A DNA stretch of 64,000 nucleotides from a bacterium (GTDB lineage Bacteria; UBA8248; JACPRG01; G963555815): NCBI GenBank assembly GCA_963555815.3, contig CAUVWX020000002.1, forward strand, positions 384,001-448,000, in the 5' to 3' direction. The notes below the pieces were generated by a model, which was given only the letters and a program-made list of their open reading frames with translations, had not been told where the DNA came from and searched no databases. The position numbers and the translations under genes were made by a program. Positions 38,050-47,561 of the stretch are shown here, piece by piece (within the stretch, counting starts at the first letter, position 1; every line of letters starts with the position of its first letter).

Positions 38050-39362
38050 AAGGAGCCCTTGGCGCACTTCTTCTCTTCCTTCTGCCCGGACTCGCCTTCT
38101 CCGCCCCCCTTGGGACCCGGACTGTCCTTGAAAACGGCCTCATCCTGCTTCACTCTGAGCAGCGCTCCCTTCCCCTCGTGACGCTTCGCCTCATCCTCTG
38201 GGCGGGGACCGCGGTCGAACCTCCCGAGAAATCAGGCCTTGCGAACCTGACGGCAGAACTTCTCAGCCAGGGGACAGCGGATCGATCGGCCCAAGAGGTG
38301 GCCGAGGCGATAGACACCCTCGGCGGGCGGCTGGGATTTCAGGCCGAAAAGGATTTCGTGTCAGCCGGGCTGACTGTGCTTCGGGAGGACCTTGAGGCGG
38401 GCCTGACACTCCTCTCAGAGCTTATTCAAAGACCCTCCTTTCCCGAGGAGGAGCTCAATCGGAAAATTAGTCAGACCCTGGCGCGAATTCACCAGGAGGA
38501 GCAGGAGCCCTCCACCGTTGCGGCGCTCGCCTTCCAGGGGGCCCTCTACGGGAGCCATCCCTACGGGCGAAGGACCATCGGAACACCTGACGAGCTCAGA
38601 AACCTCACACGAGAGGATGTCGTCAGCTTCCACCGGGAACGGTACCTTCCCGAAGGGGCCATCGTCGCCGTGGTGGGCGACATCTCCCAAAGGGCGGCCC
38701 GGGAGGCGCTGGCCAAGGTTTTTGGGGGCTGGGTCGGTGGGCCCTCTCGTGTCCCAAATCTTCCTCTCCCCGAGGGGCCAAAGGTCCTCAATGTGGTCAA
38801 GATAGACCGCCCGGTCTCTCAGGCCCAGGTCCTCTTCGGCCATCCCGGACTCGAGCGCGACGATCCCGACTTCTATGCAGTGCTCGTGATGAATTACATC
38901 CTTGGGGGAGGGGGGTTTGAGTCGAGACTGCTCGACACCATCCGAGATAATCTCGGCCTCGCGTACAGTGTCTTCAGCCGTTTCTCCACAGGCCTCCACG
39001 GCGGCACCTTCCGGGCGGGCCTTCAGACCAGAAACGAGACTGCCAACCAGGCCTTGGAGGAGTTTTTTAAGGAGGTTCGCCGGATCCGAGAGGTCCCGGT
39101 GACGGAACGCGAACTCTCTGATGCCAAGGATTTCTTGACCGGGAGCTTTCCCCTCCGCCTCTCCTCGAACCGGGACATTTCCTCGATGCTGACACAAGTC
39201 GAGCTTCACAGCCTCGGCCTGGATTATCCCGATCAATACCCCGGACTCATCCAAGCTGTCAGCCAGGAGGATGTCCTTCGGGTGGCCCAAAAACACCTCC
39301 ACCCGGGCCAAGCCGTCCTCGTCATCCTGTCCGATGAGGAAAAGGCGGCCCTCCAGTATTGA
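38046..39362 (+). CDS. M16B peptidase, non-catalytic partner subunit
   Basis: No HxxEH; GGGGFESRL...RDNLGLAY; ATGA overlap with the upstream gene. Confidence 0.9.
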   Translation: MKGALGALLLFLLPGLAFSAPLGTRTVLENGLILLHSEQRSLPLVTLRLILWAGTAVEPPEKSGLANLTAELLSQGTADRSAQEVAEAIDTLGGRLGFQAEKDFVSAGLTVLREDLEAGLTLLSELIQRPSFPEEELNRKISQTLARIHQEEQEPSTVAALAFQGALYGSHPYGRRTIGTPDELRNLTREDVVSFHRERYLPEGAIVAVVGDISQRAAREALAKVFGGWVGGPSRVPNLPLPEGPKVLNVVKIDRPVSQAQVLFGHPGLERDDPDFYAVLVMNYILGGGGFESRLLDTIRDNLGLAYSVFSRFSTGLHGGTFRAGLQTRNETANQALEEFFKEVRRIREVPVTERELSDAKDFLTGSFPLRLSSNRDISSMLTQVELHSLGLDYPDQYPGLIQAVSQEDVLRVAQKHLHPGQAVLVILSDEEKAALQY

Positions 39363-39420
39363 AATCTTTCAAAATTTATAAGCGGGTCTTCTCCAGGGGG
39401 GTTAACGTCATTTCTCGTCT

Positions 39421-40170
39421 ATGCCCATGAAATCCATTGAATTTAAAAGCGAGCTGGGCCAGCGCATCTCCGGCATCCTCCACCGGCCTCAGGGCAAAAA
39501 AGACCCCTCCGCCATCCTCATCTGCCACGGCATGCTCTCCAACAAGGACAGCCGAAAACACAGCCACTTCGCCCAGATTCTATGTGAGAGGGGCTATCTG
39601 GTCCTGCGCTTTGACTTTTCGTTCGTGGGGGAATCGGGCGGAAAACTTTCGGAGCTGTCCTATTCGGGCGAAGTGAAGGATCTAGAGAGCGCCGTCGCTT
39701 TTGTCAGACAAAAAACCCAGGGTCCTATTGGCCTGCTGGGCTCCAGCATGGGTGGGGCAATTGCCCTGCTCTACGCGGCCGAAGATCCAAGGGTCCGGGC
39801 CGTCGCGGCCATGGCCTGCGTCGCCAGGCCAGATGCCTTCTCGAAAGAGGATGTCGCTCGGTGGGAGGCCCAAGGCCATATCGATTCCCCGCTTGGGCCC
39901 ATCTCCCTCGCCTTTCTGAAAGACGCCCAGGAAAAGGATGTCCTCGGGGCCGTCGCCCGCCTAAAAACTCCGCTCCTCCTCATTCACGGAGAGGCCGACG
40001 AGCTCATCCCCGTCACTGAGGCCCTGGATATCTTTCGGGCCGCCCAACCGCCAAAACGTCTTGAACTCATCGGGGGCGCTGACCACCGCTTCTCCGAGGA
40101 TTCTCACGTGGAGGAGATTGGAGAACTCATCGCCGGCTGGTTTGAGCGCCACTTGCCCCCTGAGGCTTAG
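39421..40170 (+). CDS. Alpha/beta hydrolase
   Basis: CHG, GSSMGG nucleophile, HGEAD, ADHRF. Confidence 0.9.
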   Translation: MPMKSIEFKSELGQRISGILHRPQGKKDPSAILICHGMLSNKDSRKHSHFAQILCERGYLVLRFDFSFVGESGGKLSELSYSGEVKDLESAVAFVRQKTQGPIGLLGSSMGGAIALLYAAEDPRVRAVAAMACVARPDAFSKEDVARWEAQGHIDSPLGPISLAFLKDAQEKDVLGAVARLKTPLLLIHGEADELIPVTEALDIFRAAQPPKRLELIGGADHRFSEDSHVEEIGELIAGWFERHLPPEA

Positions 40171-40263
40171 AACCCCAGCATAAAACGATACAAATATACA
40201 TAATCTACTAAATTATATATAGTACTATAATTGCCTGAAATATATGTGGCTAGTCGCCAGCGC

Positions 40264-41267
40264 TCACTCTGGCTTGATGATCTTCCATATCCCCTTCAGG
40301 CCACGGCTCCTGATAACCTCGCTCTTCAGGGCGAGGTCCAGGAAGGCCCCCTCCTCCTCGATGAAGGTCTCGTCGAGATAGGGGGTCTGATAGGTAGGCT
40401 GCTGCTCCTTGAACCACTGGGCGAAGAAGCGGGCTTCCTTCTCTCCGGCCCCCGGCAGGGTCAGTTCGAGATATTTCTGGGCCCACTCCTCGGTCTTTGT
40501 GTGGGCGTAGGTCATCCCTTCCGCCCAGGCGCCCAGGAGGCCTCGGGCCGCATCCGGATGGCCCTCCACCCAATCTTTCCAGGAGGTCCAAACGCTCATG
40601 GCGAGCTGGTGATCAGTTCCCCGGCGTTTCGCCCATTCGCTGGAATAAGAGACGAGCAAGGGGCGAATCTCGTTATCCCGCCAGAGGTTGAGCGTATAGG
40701 GCATCAGGCTGAGCCCGCCCGTCGCCTTCCCCTCAGCGACCATTTCTGGCACGACCGCCCACGGGGCGTTGATCAACTGAAAATCCTTTCCCAGCTCAAG
40801 GCCCCACCAGTCTTGGAAGAGGATCTCGGCCAACCGGGTGCTTCCCGTGCCGAACCCGGGATGGGCGAGGGTCGATCCGGCGAGCTCCTCGATGGAGCGA
40901 ATCTTGGAGTCACTGCGCACATAGAGGCCGTGGGAAGCGGTCCCGTCTCGCCCCCACATCACCACCTCCCAGTCCTGATCCCCCTTCAGTCGGGCCACCT
41001 CTAAGGGGCTCAGCTGAATCACATCCACTTTCCTTTCCGAAAACTGAGCAAAGTCATCCCTGGCATAAACCGGCTCGAAAACAACGCTGGCTCGGATCCC
41101 CCACTTCTCCCAAAGACCCGCGTCGGTCAGGTATTGGGCGATCATGACCGTAGGACCGAAGGGAAAAATGGCGACCCGGACGAGGGGGGGCGGGAGCCAT
41201 AGGCCTTACCCACCACAAGAAAGCCACAAACGGCGAGAGAAAAAACACACCGGAGGATCCACCGCAT
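40264..41267 (-). CDS. ABC substrate-binding protein (SsuA/TauA/NMT1-like), frameshifted at C7 (41184-41190)
   Basis: GAGGAGG RBS + signal MRWILRCVFSLAVCGFLVVGKAYG; one extra C joins it to ORF 40264-41145 (SKIRSIEELAG...PGFGTG). Confidence 0.75.
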
Positions 41268-41332
41268 CGACCGACCCCTCCTCATTGGGCTTCACTCAAA
41301 GGACAAAAGGCGTATATACCTCTTCCAGTCAA

Positions 41333-41401
41333 AAGCTATCAAGGCCGATTTTTACTGTCAAGGAAACCCGCCTTGACAAGGGCTCCCCTTCGAATTAGCG
41401 T
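41333..41401. promoter_or_regulatory. Back-to-back divergent sigma70 promoters
   Basis: Minus: TTGACA(41361)-17 nt-TAGCTT. Plus: TTGACA(41373)-17 nt-TAGCGT. Confidence 0.6.
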
Positions 41402-41422
41402 TTCTCTTCAAAAGCCTTTGAC

Positions 41423-42250
41423 TTGCTTCAGTGGAATCCTTCACGGAATCCCCGTAGACTGCTCTTTTTTCGGAGAAAGGCCATCAAACTCACAGTCCTC
41501 GGCACCTATGGGGGTCGCCTTCGCCCTTATCGGCTGACCTCCTTTCTCCTCAACGACTCTATCCTCCTGGACGCAGGGTCAGCGGCCTGGGCCCTTCCCC
41601 TTGCGGCCCAAGCCCGGATAGAGACTCTCCTCCTCACCCACGCCCACCTCGACCACATCGCCGACCTCTGCTTCCTTCTGGACAATACCTTCGGGGAGCG
41701 GACCTCCTCCTTCCGGGTGTGGAGTCTTCCCGCCGTCCTCGAGGCCCTCAGACAAAACATCTTCAACAACCGTATCTGGCCCGATCTCACCTCCATGCAG
41801 ATCAACTCCGCTCCAATCCTGGAGACTTGCCCTCTGACCCCTGGAAAGAAAGTGCAAATTGAGGGGGTTGAAGTCACGGCCCATCCTGTGGACCATGCGG
41901 TCCCCGCCACGGGCTTCCTCATAGAGGGAGAAGGGGGGGCCATCCTCTATACAGGCGATACGGGCCCGACCAACGCCATCTGGGAAGCCGCCCGAGAGGC
42001 GAAAAACCTGAGGGCCATCATTACCGAGATCTCCTTCCCCGACCGGATGGAGGCAGTCGCCCTCAAATCCAAACACTACACTCCGGGGCTCCTTGGGCGG
42101 GAGATCTCCAAGATGCCCCCCGATCTTCCTATCTATCTCTTCCACACAAAGCCTCGATTCCTAGAGGAGGTCCACCGGGAGGTGGCGGCCTTGGGTCTAT
42201 CACGCTTCTTCTGGCTGGAGCAGGATCAGACCTATGAGTTTGGGCCGTAA
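41423..42250 (+). CDS. Class II / MBL-fold 3',5'-cyclic nucleotide phosphodiesterase
   Basis: LLDAGS, THAHLDHI, NIFNNRIWPD, YTGDTGPT, EISFP, HTKP; start uncertain. Confidence 0.85.
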   Translation: MLQWNPSRNPRRLLFFRRKAIKLTVLGTYGGRLRPYRLTSFLLNDSILLDAGSAAWALPLAAQARIETLLLTHAHLDHIADLCFLLDNTFGERTSSFRVWSLPAVLEALRQNIFNNRIWPDLTSMQINSAPILETCPLTPGKKVQIEGVEVTAHPVDHAVPATGFLIEGEGGAILYTGDTGPTNAIWEAAREAKNLRAIITEISFPDRMEAVALKSKHYTPGLLGREISKMPPDLPIYLFHTKPRFLEEVHREVAALGLSRFFWLEQDQTYEFGP

Positions 42251-42262
42251 GGAGGACCTCCG

Positions 42263-42883
42263 TTGAGCACGGACAACCGCTTTCGGGAAGATGAGTGCGA
42301 GTTCATCTCCGACCGGGCCTTTTTCGAGCGGAAGCTCGTCATCACCGAAAAAATCCGGGGCATCTACTCCGACCTTCGGGATCACATGAAAGAGGCCTTT
42401 CGCCCTGAGGCGTATCTGGTCCCGGCTGGAGTGGATTACAGCAAGGGAAAATTGAGCGGAGGCGATCATCACTTCGATCTCCCCTATGTCTATCTCGATT
42501 TTCCCCGCCTGTTCTCCCGCGAGGCCACCTTCGCATACCGGTCCATCTTCTGGTGGGGGCATCACTTCCTCTTCACATTGCTCCTGACCGGTGACCTATT
42601 GGAGGGCTATCGCGAGAGGTTCCTCCGGGGGATGGACCCACTCTTGGACCGAGGGGATTTCATCGCCACCTCCCTCGACCTCTGGGAATGGCGACAGGGG
42701 GAGGAAAACGTCCAGCCCATCACCGCGATGAACCGAGCGAGAGTCGCAGACGTCGCGGGGCAGCACCCCTTCCTGAAGCTCATCCGGTTCATCCCCTTTG
42801 ATCACCCGACCCTCAGCCGCGGGACCCTCGCCAAGGAGGGGCTAGAGACCTTCCAGGCCTGGGAGTTCATCTTCCGCCGGTGA
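42263..42883 (+). CDS. Conserved hypothetical protein
   Basis: AGGAGG RBS, operonic, protein-like motif LPYVYLDFPR...RSIFWWGH. Confidence 0.75.
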   Translation: MSTDNRFREDECEFISDRAFFERKLVITEKIRGIYSDLRDHMKEAFRPEAYLVPAGVDYSKGKLSGGDHHFDLPYVYLDFPRLFSREATFAYRSIFWWGHHFLFTLLLTGDLLEGYRERFLRGMDPLLDRGDFIATSLDLWEWRQGEENVQPITAMNRARVADVAGQHPFLKLIRFIPFDHPTLSRGTLAKEGLETFQAWEFIFRR

Positions 42884-42960
42884 CGGGGGCCCCCGGGGAT
42901 GTTGAGGAACAGGCTCATTGTGGGGGTCCCGGTCAAGTGAGATAAGATTAGGAGGAGCGC

Positions 42961-44061
42961 ATGCCCATCACCGCCGAGTGCATCTTCGAAGAGGATGTGC
43001 CCGTCGGCCAAAGTCTTGCCGCTGACCGCTTCCTCCTCTCATCCTTTTCCCGCCCTGACGGCAGGCAGAGCCCGGTCCTGAGGATTTTTAGCCTGGCGGA
43101 ACCCTGTCTGCTTCTTGGCCGCTACCAACCCCTTCCACCCGGAGTTCGCTGCACAAGCACTGGGGCCACCCTCCTCCAGCGGCGATGGACAGGAGGGCGC
43201 GCCGTCCCAGGCGGGCCGGGCTTCCTTGGGGTTTCCCTTGTCCTACCAGCGCCGTGGGACCTTTTGACGGACCCTTCCCGCCACCTGCCCCCTGAGCTTG
43301 TCCTGAACCGGTACGTCCGCGGGGTGTTGCGGGGCCTTCATCTCATCGGAGTGCCGCGGGCGGCCTATCCTGGTCAGGATGTCCTCACGGTGGAGCGAAG
43401 GAGGATCGCCCTCGTCGCCTTCACCCTCGAGGAGTCAGGGGCTGTCCTCTTTGAGTGTCAGCTCGCCCTCTCCGAGGATTTTGGCCTTTTAGAGGAACGG
43501 CTCCAGGGCTTAGATGAACAGCTCCTTTCCTCCGGCTACTACCTCCCCCACCCCCTCCCCACCTCTGTCGTCTCCGAAAAGAGTGAAGGTGTCTCCTCGA
43601 GCGAAGCCATGGCCGCTATCCGAAGGGGGATGGAAGAGCGCTTGGGGCTTCAGTTCACCGAGCGGTCCTGGAGAGAGGAGGAGCTCAGAGAGATACGTCG
43701 CGTTCGGGAAGAAATTGTGGATCAGGAGGAATGGGTCGCCGATCGGCGCCCCGGCCCAAGCCTAACAACCGAGGCGGCGGCCGAGATTCAGCTCGGCCTC
43801 CTGACGGTTTTTGTTTCCCTGGGAGACGGTGGCAAGATCCAGTCTCTAATGATGTCGGGGGATTTCCTCTCCCGGGATTCCACGGTCCGGGCACTGGAGG
43901 AAAACCTTCGCGGGCAACCCAGCGAGTGGCGCAGGCTCGGGCAGATCACCGACCAAGTGCTGAACCAACCCCTTCATTTCATCCTGGGCCTGGGAAACAG
44001 AAAGGTGATCCCGGACACGATTCTCAAGGCGGTCGGAAGGGCTTCCTCCCCCCGGGCCTAA
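42961..44061 (+). CDS. Lipoate-protein ligase A-like protein
   Basis: LLLGRYQ, RRWTGGRAV, C-terminal MSGDF domain. Confidence 0.75.
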   Translation: MPITAECIFEEDVPVGQSLAADRFLLSSFSRPDGRQSPVLRIFSLAEPCLLLGRYQPLPPGVRCTSTGATLLQRRWTGGRAVPGGPGFLGVSLVLPAPWDLLTDPSRHLPPELVLNRYVRGVLRGLHLIGVPRAAYPGQDVLTVERRRIALVAFTLEESGAVLFECQLALSEDFGLLEERLQGLDEQLLSSGYYLPHPLPTSVVSEKSEGVSSSEAMAAIRRGMEERLGLQFTERSWREEELREIRRVREEIVDQEEWVADRRPGPSLTTEAAAEIQLGLLTVFVSLGDGGKIQSLMMSGDFLSRDSTVRALEENLRGQPSEWRRLGQITDQVLNQPLHFILGLGNRKVIPDTILKAVGRASSPRA

Positions 44062-44063
44062 GT

Positions 44064-45047
44064 CTAAGGGGCAACCTTGGGGGGCTGGGATTTTTGGAAA
44101 TGCTCGATCACGGAGCGCAGAGTAGATTCGAGGTCCATCTGGGGCTCATAGCCCACCAGGGCCCCGATCTTTCCAAGGTCAGGGACCCGCCGTTTCATGT
44201 CCTCGAACCCTTCCCCATACGCCTCCTCATAGGGAACGGACACGATGGGCGAAGAGCTCCCCGTCATGGCCTTCACCTTTTTGGCCAGATCCTCAATCGC
44301 GATCTCTGCCGGGTTGCCGAGATTGAAGACCTCACCCACAGCGTCCTGGTGGTCCATCAACGTCATCATCCCCCAGACGGTGTCTGACACATGGCAAAAG
44401 CATCGAGTTTGACGGCCATCTCCAAACACCCGGATGGGCTCGCCCGCCAGCGCCTGCTGGACGAAGCGGGGGATGACCATCCCGTACTCCCCGGTCTGCC
44501 GGGGCCCCACGGTGTTGAAGAACCGAATGATGACGACCCGAAGCCCCCTGTCTCGATAGTAGGCCAGGGCCAGGAACTCATCCAGGGTCTTTGTGTTGGC
44601 GTAGGCCCACCTCTGCTTTTTCACTGAGCCCATCACGCGGTCGTGATCCTCGCCGAGAGGGCCCGAGCTGTTCTTTCCGTATATCTCCGAGGTTGAGGCG
44701 ATCATAACCTTGCAGTTGAAGCGACTGGCCACCTGGAGGATGATCTCCGTCCCGCGAACGTTCGTCTCAATGGTCTCAAGGGGCCGTTCCATGATGAGAC
44801 GCACCCCAACGGCGGCCGCCAGGTGGTAAATCTGCTCACACGGCTCCGCCAACCTCTCTATCAGATCGAGGTCTGTGACAGACCCTTTCGTTAGCTGAAG
44901 ATTGGGGTGGGAAAGAAGGTGAGAGATGTTCTCGGGCGTCCCCGTGGAGAGATTGTCAACGATGGAGACCTCGTCCCCCCTCTGAAGCAAGGCTTCGGTC
45001 AGGTGGGAGCCGATGAACCCAGCGCCCCCTGTGATGAGGATCCTCAA
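44064..45047 (-). CDS. NAD-dependent nucleotide-sugar epimerase/dehydratase
   Basis: TGGAGFIGSH, STSEIYG, YANTK, FNTVGPRQ. Confidence 0.92.
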   Translation of the reverse strand: MRILITGGAGFIGSHLTEALLQRGDEVSIVDNLSTGTPENISHLLSHPNLQLTKGSVTDLDLIERLAEPCEQIYHLAAAVGVRLIMERPLETIETNVRGTEIILQVASRFNCKVMIASTSEIYGKNSSGPLGEDHDRVMGSVKKQRWAYANTKTLDEFLALAYYRDRGLRVVIIRFFNTVGPRQTGEYGMVIPRFVQQALAGEPIRVFGDGRQTRCFCHVSDTVWGMMTLMDHQDAVGEVFNLGNPAEIAIEDLAKKVKAMTGSSSPIVSVPYEEAYGEGFEDMKRRVPDLGKIGALVGYEPQMDLESTLRSVIEHFQKSQPPKVAP

Positions 45048-45137
45048 ATAGGGTTCTCCCCCTCTCAAGGGCCGAAACCCGTGAGAGCGTGCAGCGTAAA
45101 ACAGCGTAATTCCGGAAAAAAGCTTATCCCGAGAAAA

Positions 45138-46358
45138 CTAAGAACTCAAGTAGAGTCTCTTCAGATCATCCACCAAGCGATCCACGTGATAACGATCCCT
45201 CACAAAGGCCCGGCCCGCCTCTGCCTTTCGGGAAGCCCCCTCGGGATCCTCTCCCACCCGCCGAAGGGCCTCCGCCAGAGCGAGGGGGTCGCCAGGGGGG
45301 ATGAGAAGACCCCGCTCGCCGTCCTCCACACCCTCCAAAGACATCTTACGGCCCCCCGGGGACCTCCCCAGAATTTCAGGGACACCTCCGACGGCCGCGG
45401 CCACGATGGGTCTTCGGGCTGCCAGGGCCTCGATGAGGGAGACGGGCGTCCCTTCATTCCTGGAGGTGAGGGCGACGGCGTCCAGGTCAGCGTAAAGAAT
45501 GGGAAGGGCCTCGCGCCATCCCGTGAAGTGGACCCGGCTCTCCAGGCCAAGGCGAACCACCTCCGCCTCAAGTTCTCCCTTTAGCTCTCCGTCTCCCACA
45601 ACGGCAAAATGGGCGTCCATGCCGCTCCCGAGAAGGTTTCGGGCCGCCCGAAAGAAGGTCCTGTGGTCCTTGATAGGGACAAGGCGCCCCACGATCCCCA
45701 CCAAAAGGGCCGAGGCCGGTATCCCCAGCTCGGAACGAAACCTCCCGTCCCGCCCCTCGACTTTGAGAAACGGGTCGAGTTCTAGCCCCAGGGGGACGAC
45801 GGCGATCCGCTCCCGCTTTGCAACGCCCAGGGCCACTAGCTCCTCCCTCAGGGCTGCGCTGAGGGCGATGACCCGCGTCGTAGAGGCCGCCAAAAAACCC
45901 TCGACCACCCGAAAGAGGAGGCTCTTGCACCTCCCGAAGTAACCCCGAAGGACGTGGCCGTGAAAGGTGTGATAGACGAGAAGTTTTGGGCGCCTCGCCG
46001 TCAGGGGTGAAACTCTGTAGAGGAGGGCGGCCAGCCGCCCAAGGGTCCCGGCCTTGGCCGTGTGTGTGTGAAGGACATGAGGGTGTTCCCTCAGCAGAAG
46101 GCGGTAGAGCTTAAAGAAGGCGACGAGGTCATCGAAGAGACTGATCTCCCGACCGAGCTCCCGGATTAAATGGGGCTCAACACCCCGACTTCTGGCAAGC
46201 GGCTCCATGGAGCCCTCCGCTTCCGTCTCTGACCCTTTGACGAGGAGGGTCTGAAAGCTCGCGTCATTCATCCGCTCCGAGAGATAGATCACATGGCGGG
46301 CCGGTCCCCCCACGTTGAGCCGGGCAATCACTCTGAGAATTTTCAGGGGCTCGCTCAT
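45138..46358 (-). CDS. GT4 glycosyltransferase
   Basis: ARLNVGGPA, HTHTAKAG, GRLVPIK, NEGTPVSLIEA. Confidence 0.92.
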   Translation of the reverse strand: MSEPLKILRVIARLNVGGPARHVIYLSERMNDASFQTLLVKGSETEAEGSMEPLARSRGVEPHLIRELGREISLFDDLVAFFKLYRLLLREHPHVLHTHTAKAGTLGRLAALLYRVSPLTARRPKLLVYHTFHGHVLRGYFGRCKSLLFRVVEGFLAASTTRVIALSAALREELVALGVAKRERIAVVPLGLELDPFLKVEGRDGRFRSELGIPASALLVGIVGRLVPIKDHRTFFRAARNLLGSGMDAHFAVVGDGELKGELEAEVVRLGLESRVHFTGWREALPILYADLDAVALTSRNEGTPVSLIEALAARRPIVAAAVGGVPEILGRSPGGRKMSLEGVEDGERGLLIPPGDPLALAEALRRVGEDPEGASRKAEAGRAFVRDRYHVDRLVDDLKRLYLSS

Positions 46359-46476
46359 CAGAAAAAAGAAGATCCCGCTCGATGACGGTCCGCAAGGAAA
46401 GGAAAAGAAAAGGGGCCGCAGCTCATAGACCTCTGCATACCTGGTCCAGGGTTTTCCAGCAGCATCTCTTTCCTTC

Positions 46477-46662
46477 TCTAACGAAATTCCAGATCCCGCA
46501 CGCGCCCTGGATCAACGGTCTCCAGATTTTTTTCTCTTCAGACGTAACGGGAGGTGTGATGGAGACGGGGGATGCTGTCTCCACTCCAAATCCGGTCTTC
46601 TTCTGAACTTCCCTAAGGGAAACCCCCGAGTGGAGGGATTCCAGCTGAAGCTTGTGGGTCAT
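46477..46662 (-). pseudogene. 3' remnant of a family I CoA-transferase beta subunit (GctB-like)
   Basis: LQLESLHSGVSLREVQKKTGF...ITPPVTSEE, then after a shift at A7 LETVDPGRVRDLEF; 5' part absent. Confidence 0.6.
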
Positions 46663-46750
46663 TCCCCTAAATACTATTTAGATAATACTATATTTAACAA
46701 TATATTAAATTATTGAAGTAAATGTTACACATCAGGCCATTTATATTCTC

Positions 46751-47542
46751 TCATTTCAACTTCTTCATGATGTCCTCGAGGCCTTTCTCTAATGCATCCC
46801 CATTGACCGGATCCTTCAGATCGATTTTCTGACTGAAATCGGCAGGGGGCTCAAAGAGATCATCCGGCAAAGGGTCTTGGAGGAGCTGCTCCACCAGGCT
46901 CTCGACGGCCAGTTCCCCAACCGGCGTTTGGAAGCGGGCCGTGAACTGGATCACCGTCCCGCCAACCCTTTCCAACTCCTCTATGACGTCCTGGCCCAAA
47001 CTGGGGAGCATATCCTTCGTGAACTCGGCCATCTCCTTTTGGATGGGGTAGAATTCGAGGCCCGCATCCGTGGCCTGGGTGATCCAGAAGTCGCCTGAGA
47101 AATCGCCCCCTTCAACCCGATAGAGCTCGCAGAGAAACCCGCTGATGGTCTGTTGCTGGCCGGTGGGAACCACGTGAAAACCTTCACCTAGGGGCTCCTT
47201 TGCCCCCCCTCCCGTGATCTCTTCCAGATCCTGGATGAGCCCACTCGCAAGCGCTGCTAACCTCTGAAGGGTTTCTAGCGAAATCTCGGTGTAGGTCCTC
47301 TCCTCCGGGTTCAGTTCAATCAGCTTTTTATCGGGGAAGCGGAGGATGGCCACCCGGCCCTGGGCCTGCTCGATGCGGACCATGCCCCCTTTCACATACA
47401 TAATGATCCGCTGCGTCGTTTCGTCGCCCTTCCCTGCTATCGTCCACTTATCCACTTGGTGGACTGTGAGATCGGCCCAAAGGGCCGTTGGTGCGATCCA
47501 GGCCAAAAAAAGCAGGACCAGCACGAGGAGACCCTTTTTCAT
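46751..47542 (-). CDS. Secreted DUF4412-like protein
   Basis: Signal peptide, TGQQQTISGFLCELY, FWIT, LPDDLFEPPADF. Confidence 0.75.
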   Translation of the reverse strand: MKKGLLVLVLLFLAWIAPTALWADLTVHQVDKWTIAGKGDETTQRIIMYVKGGMVRIEQAQGRVAILRFPDKKLIELNPEERTYTEISLETLQRLAALASGLIQDLEEITGGGAKEPLGEGFHVVPTGQQQTISGFLCELYRVEGGDFSGDFWITQATDAGLEFYPIQKEMAEFTKDMLPSLGQDVIEELERVGGTVIQFTARFQTPVGELAVESLVEQLLQDPLPDDLFEPPADFSQKIDLKDPVNGDALEKGLEDIMKKLK

Positions 47543-47561
47543 CTCTCATCCCTCCTGCGGC

